The notes under the pieces were generated by a model. That model did no database searches. It was not told where the DNA came from and saw only the letters and a program-made list of their open reading frames with translations. A stretch of DNA of 64,000 bases from Mobula hypostoma (taxonomy: Eukaryota): contig NC_086097.1 of the NCBI RefSeq assembly GCF_963921235.1, positions 36,272,001 to 36,336,000 on the forward strand, in the 5' to 3' direction. The translations under genes and the position numbers were made by a program. This document shows, one piece after another, positions 11,985 to 25,133 of this stretch (its first letter is position 1; each line of letters opens with the position of its first letter).

Positions 11985-14426
11985 GCTAATAGACTTGAGA
12001 ATATTTTACCTACTCTTATTTCCAATGACAAAACTGGATTTATTAAAAATAGATATTCACATTTTAATATTTGAAGATTATTAAATATCATTAATTCTTC
12101 TCCATCTAAAGAATCTGAATGTGTTGTTTCTCGATGCAGAGAAAGCCTTTGATAGGGTGGAGTGGTCTTACTTATTTGAGGTTTTGGAAAGATTTAATCT
12201 TGGCCCGGGATTTATTTCCTGGATTAAACTGATCTATCATGCCCCTATGGCTGCAGTTATAACTAATAATCAAAAATCTCCCTATTTTAGATTATATAGG
12301 GGTACTTGACAGGGATGTCCTCTTAGCCCTTTATTATTTAACTTGGCCTTAGAACCCCTTGCTACTGCTCTTAGAGATTCTAACACTGTTCAGGGTATTA
12401 AGAGAGGGGACAAAATACACAAGGTTTCATTACATGCAGATGACCTGTTAGTTTATATTTCAGATCCTAGGAAATCTATTCCTTCTGTGTTACCTATATT
12501 TTCTGAATTTAGTAGTTTTTCTGGGTATAAAGTAAATTTATATAAAAATGAGTTATTTCCTATTAATAATTACTCGGATCCAAATCATCAAGTACCTTTT
12601 AGTATTGCTAAAAATTGCTTTACCTATCTTGGTATTAAAATTACTAAAAATTTTAAGGATCTCTATAAATATAATTTTTTTCCATTAATTGACTACACCA
12701 AACAAATGCTTTCTAAATGGTCGCCTATGACAATATCATTAATAGGTCAAATTAATGCTATTAAAATAATAGTTCTACCGAAATTCTTATATATATTTCA
12801 GGCAGTTCCTTCTTTTGTTCCTAGAAAGTTCTTTGACAGAATAGATTCTATAATCTTATCTTATATTTGGAACAATAAAAACCCTAGATTGAGTAAACCC
12901 TCATTGCAGAAATTAAAAAAAGATGGTGGTATGGCTTTGCCTAATTTTAGAATGTACTACTGGGCAATTAATATTCGATATATTACTTTTTGGATTCATG
13001 ATTCAGATATACATGAATGTCCTTCCTGGTTGGAATTGGAGGAAAACTTGGTGAAAGGATTCTCTTTGGCCTCTTTACTGGGAGCTCCCCTTCCCTTTTT
13101 GTTTTCTAAGATTGGTAGACAAGATTTTAATCCCATTATTAAACATACATTAAGAATTTGGTTCCAGTTTTGTAGATTTTTTGAGTTAAATAATTTTATT
13201 CTTTCTATTAATATCCATCTCAATTATTTTTTTAAACCATCAATTTTGGATAAGGCCTTTTTAACTTGGAAAACTAAGGAAATAACTTTCAGATTTGTTT
13301 TTAGGGGACTGTTTAATGTCTTTTTCTCAGTTCGTGGATAAGTATGATTTGTCTAATGTACACTTTTTTAGATATTCACAAATTAGGAAGTTTTTACGTG
13401 GTTTGTTGCCAAATTACCCTTCTGCTTATCCACCTAATATGACAGATGCTCTCTTTCAGTTTAAACCATTTCAAAAAGGGTTGATAGCTATAATTTATAA
13501 AAGGTTATTGAACTCACGAATAATATCTAATGATAAAATTAAACGTGCTTGAGAATTGGAATTTCAAGAGTCATTTTCAGATAATCAATGGAGTAAAATT
13601 TTCATTTGGTTAATCTATTTGTGCCCGTCATTCCTTGATACAGTTCAAGGTAGTGCATAGGGCCTATATGTCAAAGGATAAACTAGCGCGTATTTTTTCC
13701 ACTATCAATCCTATGTGTGATAGATGTAATATGTTTTGGTCTTGTATAAAGCTATATAACTTTTGGAGAGATGTTTTTAAAATGCTAACAAAAGTCTTGG
13801 ATCTGGATCTGCAACCTAATTTGCTTATGGCAATTTTTGGGATTATTCCATCGGAAGCAAGAAATATTCCTGTTTCGGCTCAATGTATGATAGCCTTTTC
13901 GACTTTATTGGCTAGGAGAGCCATTTTATTGAAGTGGAAGGATTCTAATCCACCTATGGTCTTTTATTGGCTTTCCTCCATTATGTCCTGTTTAAGTTTA
14001 GAAAAAATAAGAAGTCGGACATTTGATACATCCTTTAAATTTGAGCAAATCTGGCAACTTTTTATCCAATGTTTTCATTTAAATTGATTTATTACTCTTC
14101 CAATTTTTTTTTCTGAAGTTTTAGATTTGATCAGAAAGCCTCTTATTTTTGTTGTATCCTCAAAATGGACTGCCCAGTCCCTTTTTTTGTTAATTTTTAT
14201 ATAATGTAGTGTTTTTTTTCATTTAAAATTCAATGTTTTTTTTCTTTCATGAACTGATAAGAGGAGAATCGCTGGTTTTTTTTATTATATATCGTACACT
14301 AGCTTAACAATATGTATGATTTTGATGGTGTCTATCCTAATCTGTTTGTATTGATATATATAATAATTCTCCTCTTGTTTGAACTTATGTTTCTTTTAAA
14401 TCAATAAGAAGGCTAATAAAGAAGAA
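11985..14426 (+). mobile_element. 5'-truncated L1-clade LINE (RT plus C-terminal Cys-rich domain), inactivated
   Basis: FLDAEKAFDRV, RGT*QGCPLSP, HADDLL, FTYLGI, DGGMALPN, QFKVVHRAY..CDRC motifs; AATAAA-GAAGAA tail; exact 15-bp TSD CTTTCTGCTGGCCGC at 11970-11984 and 14427-14441. Confidence 0.95.
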
Positions 14427-15221
14427 CTTTCTGCTGGCCGCAGGCTTCACTCCCTATGTGATTCCCTTGCCATTTGTCCCTCCCCACTGATCTCCCTCCT
14501 GACACTTACCCTTGCAAGCGGAACAAGTGCTACACCTGTCCCTACATCTCCTCCCGTGCTACCATTCAGGGCCCTAAACAGTCCTTCCAGGTGAGCGACA
14601 CTTCACTGTGAGTCTGTTGGGGTTATATACTGTGTTGGGTGCTCCCGGTGTGGCCTCCTGTGTATTGGTGAGATCTGACGTAGATTGGGAGACCTATGCT
14701 CCATCTGCCAGAAAAAGCGGGATCTCCCAGTGGCCACCCATTTTAATTCCACCTCCCATTCCCATTCCGATTATGTCTATCCATGGCCCCCTCCACTGCC
14801 GTGATGAGGCCACACTTAGGTTGGAGGAACGTCACCTTGTATTCCTTTTGGGTAGCCTCCAACCTGATGGCATGAACATTAATTTCTCAAACTTCGGGTA
14901 ATGCACTCATTCACCCTTCTTCACCATTTCCCTCTCTCACCTTCTCTCCTTGCCTGCCCAACTCCTTCCTCTGGTGCTCCTCCCCCCTTTCATTTTTCCA
15001 TTGCCTTCTGTCTTTTTCACCAATCAACTTCCCAGCTCTTCACTTCATCCTTCACCTATCATTTTGTGTTTCTCTCTCCCCTCCCTCCACCTTTTAAATC
15101 TCCTCATCTTTTTTTCTCCAGTCCTTCCGAAGGGTCTCGGCCGAAACGTTGACTGTACTCTTTTTGTAGATGCTGCCTGGCCTGCTGAGTTTCTCTAGCA
15201 TTTTGTGTATGTTGCACAGTA

Positions 15222-15650
15222 CTTCACTGGTGTCTTATAAGGCCTCAGCATTACATCCTTGCTTTTATACTGTAGTCCTTTTGAGATGAATGGTAAGGTT
15301 ACATTTGCCTTCCTCACCACTGACTCAACCTGCAAGTTAACATTTAGTGAACCTGCATGAGAACTCCCAAGTCCCTTTGCACCTCAGATTTTTGAATTTT
15401 CTCTCCTTTTCAAAAACAGTCCGTTTTTTCTTCTTCCAAAGTGTGTGACCATATACACTTCCCAACACTGTATTCCATCTGCCACTTTATTGCTCGTTCT
15501 CCTAATCGAAGCCCTTTTGCAGCTCTTCAACACTGCCTGTGCCTTCACCCATCTTTGTATTGTCTGCAAACTTGGTCAAAAAACTATCAGTTCTGACATC
15601 CAGATCATGGACATACAATGTAAAAAGAAACACACCCAATACCGACCCAA
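15222..15650 (-). mobile_element. CR1 LINE RT fragment
   Basis: ORF 15502-15753 contains KFADNTKMG; the CR1 RT context continues leftward. Confidence 0.75.
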
Positions 15651-15949
15651 GCAGGATTGTTGAAAGAACTGAGCACAACAAGCAGCATTGTGGAAAGAGA
15701 AACCAGTTAATGTTATCTGGCATTAAATGAGTATTGCTCTGGCTGATACTCAAACATTATCTGATATTCCTTTGGGTGATAGTAGGTGGGATGGGCTGGA
15801 GAGAAATCAAATAGATAATATTACAGGCTTGGGAACCAACTAGAAAAAATGCTTCTATGTTTCTTTAAATAGATTGTTTCCATAGCTTTTGGAACAGTTG
15901 CTGACATCTGCCTCAAGTTTCCTGACACCTCATTTCTGCTTTGCAGCTG

Positions 15950-16230
15950 ATAGTCATAGTCATACTTTATTGATCCCGGGGGAAATTGGTTTTCGTTACA
16001 GTTGCACCATAAGTAATAAATAGTAATAAAACCATAAATAGTTAAATAGTAATATGTAAATTATGCCAGGAAATGAGTCCAGGACCAGCCTATTGGCTCA
16101 GGGTGTCTGACCCTCCAAGGGAGGAGCTGTAAAGTTTGATGGCCACAGGCAGGAATGACTTCCTATGACGCTCTGTGTTGCATCTCGGTGGAATGAGTCT
16201 CTGGCTGAATGTACTCCTGTGCCCACCCAC
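15950..16230 (-). mobile_element. Rex/Babar-type LINE 3' end
   Basis: (ATAGTC)n tail next to TTTATT (AATAAA on minus strand); sharp boundary with flank. Confidence 0.55.
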
Positions 16231-16970
16231 TCTGTGCTATTTATTGCAGATATTGGGAAAAATCTGTATTTGCACTTTGCAAAAATTTTAGAAGTTTTTG
16301 CAAAGAATTGTTGATAAAACTTGCATTCCACGTTTTGAGTTTACAATGACTTTCACTTTTAATTCATATCATAGTGCATTACAAAAGATACTTGAATTCT
16401 TGCTTAAGAACCCAAGTTCTATTGTTTCTTACTGCATTCTGAGAGTAGAGCCCTCTACTCTCACCTACGTAGTCATTCACCCCTTGGGTCCTCTGTATAG
16501 GGGCCATCACAGGGGGCTCTTCCTCACACTTTCAGGAGAGGGCTTTACAGAATGTATAGCTGTCTCTGTCTAGTTGTGACTCAGATTATGCAGCATAGAC
16601 CTAAACCTTCATTCAGTCCAGTTACATACCTGCATTTAACTCGTAGATCATTGACTAAGAACTCAGGTACTCAGATCATAGACTGCATTTAACTCAGATC
16701 ATAGACTAAGAACTCATAATAGCTTGCTGCTCAAAAGCTTGCCGTGTCATTAAATGTGATTAAGGCTGATTGATCTATGCTGGGCTCATCTCCTCTTCTG
16801 TTCCAGTTCACCATAAACCTCAATTTCTGAATATCTGCCTTAAACATGTCTAACTATCTGCCCTCTGCTACCATTGGGGACAGAGTTCCAGAGATTCACT
16901 ACCCTCTGAGAGAAGACATTTATATGTGTCGTAATTTTATATGAACAGTCTCTTATTTTGCATCAGTCTT

Positions 16971-18588
16971 CACTGTGGAAGACACCAGCAGTGTACCAGG
17001 TGTTCAAGGGTGTGAGGGAAGAGAAGTGGGTGCAGTTACTATTACAAGGGAGAAAGTCTCAAAAAGCTGAAGGACTTAAGGGCACATAAGTCATCCAGGC
17101 CAGATGAACTGCACCCTAGGGTTCTGAAAAAGAAAGCGGTAGAGATTGTGGAGGCATTAGTAATGACCTTTCAAAAATCTTTGGCAGAGGACTGGAAAAT
17201 TGCAAATGTCACTCCACTCTTTAAGAAAGGAGGAAGGCAGCAGAAAGAAAATTATAGACCAGTTAGCCTGACCTTAGTGGTTGGGAAGATGTTGGAGTCA
17301 ATTGTTAAGGATAAGGTTGTGGAGTACTTGGTGACAGAGAACAAGATAGGACACAGTCAGCATGGTTTCCTTAAGGGAAAATCATGCCTGACGAACTTGT
17401 TGGAATTCTTTGAGGAGATTACAAGTAGCATGGATAAAGGAGATGCATTGGATGTTGTATATTTGGACTTTCAGAAGGCCTTTGACAAGGTGCCACACAT
17501 GAGGCTGCTTACCAAGTTAAGAGCCTATGGTATTACAGGAAAGTTACTGGCATGGTTAGAGCATTGGCTCGCTCGGAGGCAGCAAGTGGGAATAAAAGGA
17601 TTCATTCCAGGTAGGCTGCCAGTGACTAGTGGTGTTCCGCAGGGGTCAGTGTTGGGACCACTTCTTTTTATGCTGCATATCAATGATTTAGATGGAAAAG
17701 ATGGCTTTGTTGCCAAGTTTTCAGGTGACACGAAAATTGATGGAGGGGCAGGTCGTGTTGAGGAAACAGGTAGTTTGAGGAAGGACTTGGGTTAGAAGAA
17801 TGGTGCAAGAAATAAATGTGCAGACTATTTTCTAAATGGGGAGAACATCCAAAAATCTGAGATGCAAAGGGACTTGGGAGTCTTTGTGCAGAACATCATA
17901 AAGGTTAACTTGTATGTCAAGTTTGTGGTGAGAAAGGCAAATGCAATGTTCGCATTCATTTTAAGGGGTCTAAGGTAGAAGAGTAGGGATGTGATGCTGA
18001 GGATTTATAAGGCACTGCTGAGGCCTCACCTTGAGTATTGTGATCAATCTTGGGCTCCTCATCTAAGAAAATATGTGCTGGCATTGGAGAGAGTTCAGAG
18101 GAGGTTCACAAGGATGGCTCTGGGAATGAAAGGGTTATCATATGAGGAGCATTTGATGGCTCTGGTCTGTACTCACTGGAATTTGGAAGTATGGGGGGGG
18201 AATCTCACTGAAACCTTTCGAATGTTGAAGGGTCTATACAGAGTAGATATGGAAAGGATGTTTCCCATGGTGGAGGAGTCCAGGACTAGAGGGCACAGCC
18301 TTGGGATAGAAGGGCATCTATTTAAAACAGAGATGTGGAGGAATTTCTTTAGCCGGAAGGTGATGAATTTGTGAAATTTATTACCACAGGCAGCTGTGGA
18401 GGCCAGGTCACTGGGTGTACTTTAAGGCAGAGCTTGATGGATTCTGGGTTGGACATGGCATCAAAGGTTATGGGGTGAAAGGTGAGGAGTGGGGATGGGG
18501 GCGGGGGAAGGATCAGCCATGATGGAATGGTGGAACAGACTCGATGGACCAGATGGCCTAATTCTGTTCCTATGTCTTATGGTCTTAT
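16971..18588 (+). mobile_element. CR1 LINE, 5'-truncated (RT domain), degenerate
   Basis: WKIANVTPLFKKG, NYRPVSLT, YLDFQKAFDKV, GVPQGSVLGP, KFSGDTK; tail ...cctatgtcttatggtcttat. Confidence 0.95.
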
Positions 18589-20231
18589 TTTGTAGTTACA
18601 TCACCAAGTTGGTGAATCTCCAATGAGTTAAAACATTTATTCATCAAGCCCTGGTAGGGTCTTGTGTTTGAATGTCAAGTCAAAGTCGAGTTTATTGTCA
18701 TGTGCATGAATGAACAGGTGCAACGAAAAGCTTACTTGCAACAGCTTCAGAAGCATGTAGCAGCATGTAAGCAGAATATAGTCGAAAACAAAACATTTCA
18801 AAATGTTTGTGTATCTTTTATTGCTTAATTATAGAGATGAAGAATGCTCCTTCTGCAGAATTAACAATGGACAGTAAGGAGGTACAGAAGAATCATGTCC
18901 ATAAATAGCGGAAAACAGGAATCAGAGAGAAGGGGGAAATTCAAGAAAATTGCAATAGAGGAAAGCAAATTATCAGAGGAGCGGACTGTCTAGTCCTGAG
19001 AAATATCAATCTTCATCTTTTTAAAAAAAAATTAGCTGGTGGCATAGTTGACTTTAATTTTAAAAATTTTCAGGATTCAGAAAAGATTGTATTAAACTGG
19101 AAAACATCAAATGCAACTCTTATTCAAAAGGTGAGAAAAGTGGAAAAGAGAAAACTACAGGCCAGTTAATGTCTGCCATACTGAAAATGTTAGAAGCTAT
19201 TATTTTAAACCTGCTGTAGGAGAACACTTATTTTAAAAAAAAACAAGGGAGTCAGGCAAAGTCATAGGTATTTATTAATTTTAATTATTTGGAGACATAG
19301 TATGATAACAGGCCACTCTGGCCTAACGAGCCCTCACCACACAATTACACCCATTTGGCCTATTAGCCTACTGGACTGTACATCTTTGTAATAGGAGGAA
19401 ACAAGAGTACCTGAAGGAAACCCATGAGGTCATGGTGACAACGTACAAACTCAGTACAGACCCTTCTGGAGTTCTTTTGAAGAATTAAATTGAATCATGG
19501 ATGAAGGAGGAACTGGAAGACATTATACTTAGATTTGCAGAAGGGATTTGATGAGACGCTGCATCAGAGGTTGTTGTGTATTTTTTTAAAAATGTGTAAG
19601 AAGTAATGTATTGACATGAATGGAAGACTTTCTGGAGTACTGTACAATATTGGTCTTTAAGGACAAATATTTTAGGCATTGAAATTGGTTCAGAAAAGAT
19701 TTACCATACCAATATTGGGAATGGATGAGTTGTCTTATGAAGAAAGATTGGACAGATCAAGCTTCTTTTGTAGATTTAAGTGAATCATATACTGTAAACT
19801 CTTGAGAGGTATTGGCAGGATGAATGTAGAGAGGATTATTTCTCTTCTGAGATAATCTAGAACTAAATGTCACTAATAAAATTAAGGGGGTCATGCAGTT
19901 AGGACAGATGATATATGTTTTCTCTCAGGGTAAGATGCTTTTGAACTCTTGCTCAAAAACTGTGTGAATGGAAGTCTGTGAATAGTTTATAAGGCAGATG
20001 TGCATAGCTTCCTGTAGGCAAGGTTGAAAGGTCACAGGGTGCAGTCAGGAATGCAACTGGAGTTACAATCAGATATGCCACAAAACTAAATGGTGGAGCA
20101 TACTTGAGGGGCCAACTAACATACTCACTTCTCTTCCTAGTTTGTATGTTCTGTATTCATGGCATCATGTAACTAATACAAAAATTTTTCTGTCAATTTT
20201 GTGGTAATAGCAAGTTAACTCTAAGTATATC

Positions 20232-20416
20232 ATAAACACGAGAAAGTCTGCAAATGCTAGAAATCTAAGGCAACACACATAAAACAATTGATGTTTTGGA
20301 CAGAGACCCTTTTTCAGCAGTAGTCCCGAAGAAGGGTCTCGACCTGAACTGTCAGCTATTTATTCATTTCCATAGATTCTGTCTGACCTGCTGAGTTCTT
20401 CCAGCATTTTGTGTAT
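20232..20416. mobile_element. Miniature Penelope derivative made of two inverted termini
   Basis: Left half matches 11582-11710; right half matches 15120-15210; degenerate hammerhead cores facing each other (gagacccttt / aagggtctc). Confidence 0.65.
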
Positions 20417-20479
20417 CACCATAAGCATATTAATCTTTAATGTACAATTACGTTAAGTATTAAAATAAAGGAAACTACA

Positions 20480-20713
20480 TTTTCCTACTTCTCCGCTTAA
20501 GCAATCCAACGCATTTTTATTGAATACCACAGTGCCCTTTGCCAGGCAAACATACCCAGTAGGGAGTGCTTGCAATGTTGATAAGATGGTATAAAAAAAA
20601 AAGACAAACCCAAATATATCCCTAGGTAACACAGAAATGGGTTTACTTTCAGTATCATTTACAAATCTTAAGCAGCATCAACCTCTCTCCACCCACTATC
20701 AAAAACCCAAGAA
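20480..20713 (-). repeat. Inverted duplication of 22077-22309 at the 5' junction of a CR1
   Basis: Reverse-complement match over about 233 bp with about 5 substitutions and 1 indel counted by eye. Confidence 0.95.
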
Positions 20714-20720
20714 ACTACAT

Positions 20721-21792
20721 GGGAATAAACGGGACCTTTTCAGAATGGCAGGCAGTGACTAGTGGGGTACCGCAAGGCTCAGTGCTGGGACCCCAGTTGT
20801 TTACAATATATATTAATGACTTGGATGAGGGAATTAAATGCAGCATCTCCAAGTTTGCGGATGACACGAAGCTGGGTGGCAGTGTTAGCTGTGAGGAGGA
20901 TGCTAAGAGGATGCAGAGTGACTTGGATAGGTTGGGTGAGTGGGAAAATTCATGGCAGATGCAATTTAATGTGGATAAATGTGAAGTTATCCACTTTGGT
21001 GGCAAAAATAGGAAAACAGATTATTATCTGAATGGTGGCCGATTAGGAAAAGGGGAGGTGCAACGAGACCTGGATGTCATTATACACCAGTCATTGAAAG
21101 TGGGCATGCAGGTACAGCAGGCGGTGAAAAAGGCAAATGGTATGCTGGCATTTATAGCGAGAGGATTCGAGTACAGGAGCAGGGAGGTACTACTGCAGTT
21201 GTACAAGGCCTTGGTGAGACCACACCTGGAGTATTGTGTGCAGTTTTGGTCCCCTAATCTGAGGAAAGACATCCTTGCCATAGAGGGAGTACAAAGAAAG
21301 TTCACCAGATTGATTCCTGGGATGGCAGGACTTTCATATGAAGAAAGACTGGATGAACTGGGCTTGTACTCGTTGGAATTTAGAAGATTGAGGGGGGATC
21401 TGATTGAAACGTATAAAATCCTAAAGGGATTGGACAGGCTAGATGCAGGAAGATTGTTCCCGATGTTGGGGAAATCCAGAACGAGGGGTCACAGTTTGAG
21501 GATAAAGGGGAAGCCTTTTAGGACTGAGATTAGGAAAAACTTCTTCACACAGAGAGTGGTGAATCTGTAGAATTCTCTGCCACAGGAAACAGTTGAGGCC
21601 AGTTCATTGGCTATATTTAAGAGGGAGTTAGATATGGCCCTTGTGGCTATGGGGATCAGGGGGTATGGGGGGAAGGCTGGTGCAGGGTTCTGAGTTGGAT
21701 AATCACAGCCATGATCATAATAAATGGCGGAGCAGGCTCGAAGGGCTGAATGGCCTACTCCTGCACCTATTTTCTATGTTTCTATGTTTCTA
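20721..21792 (+). mobile_element. Young 5'-truncated CR1 LINE
   Basis: 283-aa open RT C-terminal frame (GVPQGSVLGP, KFADDTK); (TTCTATGT)n tail; CTACAT TSD at 20715-20720 and 21790-21795; nearly identical to 32374-33433. Confidence 0.97.
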
Positions 21793-24139
21793 CATGTATA
21801 CTAATGTAAAAGGTTACTGAAAGTTATATTGAGTATCATATGTCAACAGCAGGTTTCAAGGAATTAATGGGGATGTATATTCCGAAAAGTACCATTTAAT
21901 TGCAAGGCGACAATTTGCCCTCCAATATGCTTGGCTTTTGTAAAGTGACTTGGTTCAAAGCTAGATGACTAGCAAGTAAATTTATTGCTCAATTTAATAC
22001 TGCACCTGAAAATGTAAATTTGATTCCTGCTCAGCACTGAGTTTTGCAAGAGTGGGTACAGCTGTCAAATTTGGCATTCTTGGGTTTTTGATAGTGGGTG
22101 GAGAGAGGTTGATGCTGCTTAAGATTTGTAAATGATACTGAAAGTAAACCCGTTTCTGTGTTACCTAGGGATATATTTGGGTTTGTCTTTTTTTTTATAC
22201 CATCTTATCAACATTGCAAGCACTCCCTATTGGGTACGTTTGCCTGGCAAAGGGCACTGTGGTATTCAATAGAAATGCGTTGGATTGTTTAAGCGGAGAA
22301 GTAGGAAAAGTGTGCTAAGATGTACCACCTTGTGTACGAACTGTCTGCCTTGTGTCCTATAATCAATTGACTCACAGGCACCATTAATCTTGGCACTTGT
22401 GGAGTGTACCAATTTGCTAGGTCACTTATTTTGGTGCAAGAACAAATGCTGTCTGTGCACACAAGTGAAATTTTACATGCCTTTGATTATATATTTGTAT
22501 TTAATGTTGGATTCTGGTAAATAATCTTTGCAAACTAATTGCCAATTCGTTTCAGTGGGCCAACATTTATGCATGCACACTTTCAGATCGGGCCAGTAAG
22601 TTTAAAATAAAGACAGCAAAAACCAATCGACTGTGGAAAGAGATTTTTCTCTTTTAGTTACAGAAATAGATGGTTAGGGTGAGGAGGGGCCACTAATACT
22701 GAGAGCAAACATGCAGATAATGCAGAACTGAGCAACAATACGGCAGAATTTACTTGGGGACAAGTCAATGACGACTGTTAGCTGAAAATATTGAGTGCTG
22801 CAAATTAGATCTGAGGCTCAATGTAGATTAAATAATTTAAGATATGACATGAGGAAAAAGTTGTCTTTGTTCAGATTCTCAAAGAAGCTTTGTTTGAGTA
22901 TGTGATGGTTTAATTGATGAAAAGCATAACTAAGGTTTAATAAATAACTTAGATTGTATTATGTGATGTTCAAAATCTGTAACTGAACATATTTTACAAT
23001 AAAATTAGAGAAAAGACATTTCCTAATAAAGCTGTTGCTCATCTTAATTCCAGCTTGGTATTTTATTTGTTTGAATTGCCATTGCTATCACAAAGTAGCA
23101 GTGCACGGTCCAACCAGCAGTGCAAATGATTGTCTTGGACGTTTGTATTTTGATCGCCAGTCCCTGTGGAATATTGGTAATGTAGAATACTGCAGGTCTC
23201 GTTCATTAGTTCATTAGCGAAACCAGGGGCACGGAAAGCTGTGTCGCCTCAGTTGCTGTGTGGACCAGGCCCTTGTGTTGCGGTGTCACCTGCGGCAGCC
23301 ACCCAGAAGAGGAGTTGCCAAGGCAGTGTGGGAGGGAGAAGAGGCCTCAGTGGGTGCACAAGGTTTGGGGCTAGCCCTCCCCACCAGTGCTGCCTTTCAG
23401 TGTTCGCTCAGTGAAAGACTAGCTGGACCAGGGCAACATTCCATGCACCATCAATCTACAGACCATGTCACTCAAGGACCTTGGCTGTATATGTTTTTGT
23501 GACCGTACTTTTTTCTGCTGTCGGAACTATATGTGCTGTGTGCTGATGGTACTGTGGTTTGCAACTTGGCCATAGAGGAATATTTTATTTTGAGCTGTAT
23601 GATGAACGACAATTAAACTTGAAGTTTCTCTAGGTGAAGTTGTCATATATTTTAAAGTTTAAGTTTTTGTTGCTCAGTTCTATTTAAATTCCATTTGAAA
23701 CTAAGGCAATTTCCTTACAAAGATCAAAAGATCTAACTCAGCAAATTACTTTGCAGTGAGGCTCCTAATATGTCAAATTTTGATATTAACAATAAAAATT
23801 CACAAATTTTAATAAAATTAATAGCCATAAGTTTCATTTTTCTATTATTTAAATTGGCTTTGTGTGAGGAGACATAGCCAAACATCCATTTTCTGTGTCC
23901 TTGCCATCCATCAGCTAACCACTAATGTCATTTACAACCATTTAATCTGTGACCTTTCATGACTTGGCAATTCAAGTGCCCATCTAAATCTTACTAAAAT
24001 ATTTTGAGTACCCATTTATACTACCCGTACAGGTAGTGCATCCAGATTCCAACTACCCTGTAGTGAAAGATTTCTTCCTTGGGTCCCCATTAGTCCTTTT
24101 ATGCCTGTACCCTCTAATTTCAGACATTTTTGAGATGGG

Positions 24140-24300
24140 ATCTCATCCCCCTTCCTTTTGTTCTGACCTTCGTGCTCTTTTTTTTCCAGTCCTGATGAAG
24201 GGTTTTGGCCTGAAACATCGACTTTTCATCTCTCTCCATTGATAATGAGTTTCTTTAGCAGTTTCTCCAGGTTTCCACTATCTGCAGTCTCTCTTGTATC
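24140..24300 (+). mobile_element. Penelope 3' terminus with hammerhead core at 24188-24223, inside an old minus-strand CR1 remnant
   Basis: AGTC-CTGATGA-AGGGttttggCCT-GAAAC-ATC-GACT. Confidence 0.65.
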
Positions 24301-25050
24301 TCAGCTATGGGCGATAGTTTCCAATAATTTTACCTTCGCTATGCCCATCGTGATTTTGTATACTGCTATATCAGGTCCTTCCTTAGCTTGCTTTGTTTGA
24401 AAGGAAACAAATCCAGTCTCTCCCTGTGCCTGCACTCTCAAATACAATCATGACTTTCTTATAGTGTAATGATCAGAACCGTCCACACTGCTGTGAGCTA
24501 TGGTATAACCAATGTATCATAACATCTCTGCTTCTGCTAACAAGAGCAAATACTGTAGTCTGGATGAGTTTTTCACCATCTCGTCTTCCTGTGCTGCCAC
24601 CTTCTGGAATCCTTGGACAAGTACATTAATGTCCCACCATATCCCACAGCCGTTTATGTCATAAATATTTGCCCTTACAAAATTCACTCCCCAAAATTTT
24701 CAGGTGCAGAATAAAATTTATGATTCCAGACATTGAGGGTAAAAGGTAAATACAAAGTTATTTTTTTCTTTTCAACTTGTGTCTTTTGATGCAAGTCCAA
24801 ATGACAGTATTACAGAATACTGTATTGCAATATGGTCTGTTTTCTAGAATGCAGCACGCTACCCAATTACGTGAGGATCACTGTTCCTTTCCAGGGCCAT
24901 GCCGATAATTTTCCATGTCCTTCCTTTATTAGTCTTCAGAGTGCACTAACTCATAATTAAGTAGCTTTAGTGTAATTAGTTTTGCAATTTGAAATAAAAA
25001 ATGAATGCAGTTAAATTTACCTAATGCTCTCCATAACCAGCTCTCTAGAT

Positions 25051-25133
25051 CAGGGGCTCCCAGCCTTGGGCCCACAGTCCCCTCAGTTAATGGTAGGGGT
25101 TCATGACGTAAAAAAAAAAGTGGGGGACCCCTG
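25051..25133. mobile_element. 83-bp hAT-Charlie-type MITE
   Basis: TIRs CAGGGGCTCCC / GGGGACCCCTG; 8-bp TSD CTCTAGAT (25043-25050) / ATCTAGAT (25134-25141), matching the NTCTAGAN Charlie target. Confidence 0.85.

Larger units (their letters stand above)
11582..15216 (+). mobile_element. Penelope-like element (Neptune-type), 3' part with inverted terminal copy; interrupted by an L1
   Basis: YPCKRNKCYTCPY Cys cluster near 14507; GIY-YIG remnant GVIYCVGCSRCGLLCIGE near 14620-14670; 11600-11850 is an inverted copy of about 14960-15216. Confidence 0.85.

Noticed and set aside
20480..22309. 233-bp inverted arms as TIRs of a DNA transposon
   Set aside because: No TSD outside the arms and no transposase; the left arm is bracketed by the duplicated CR1 target sequence, favouring a templated duplication
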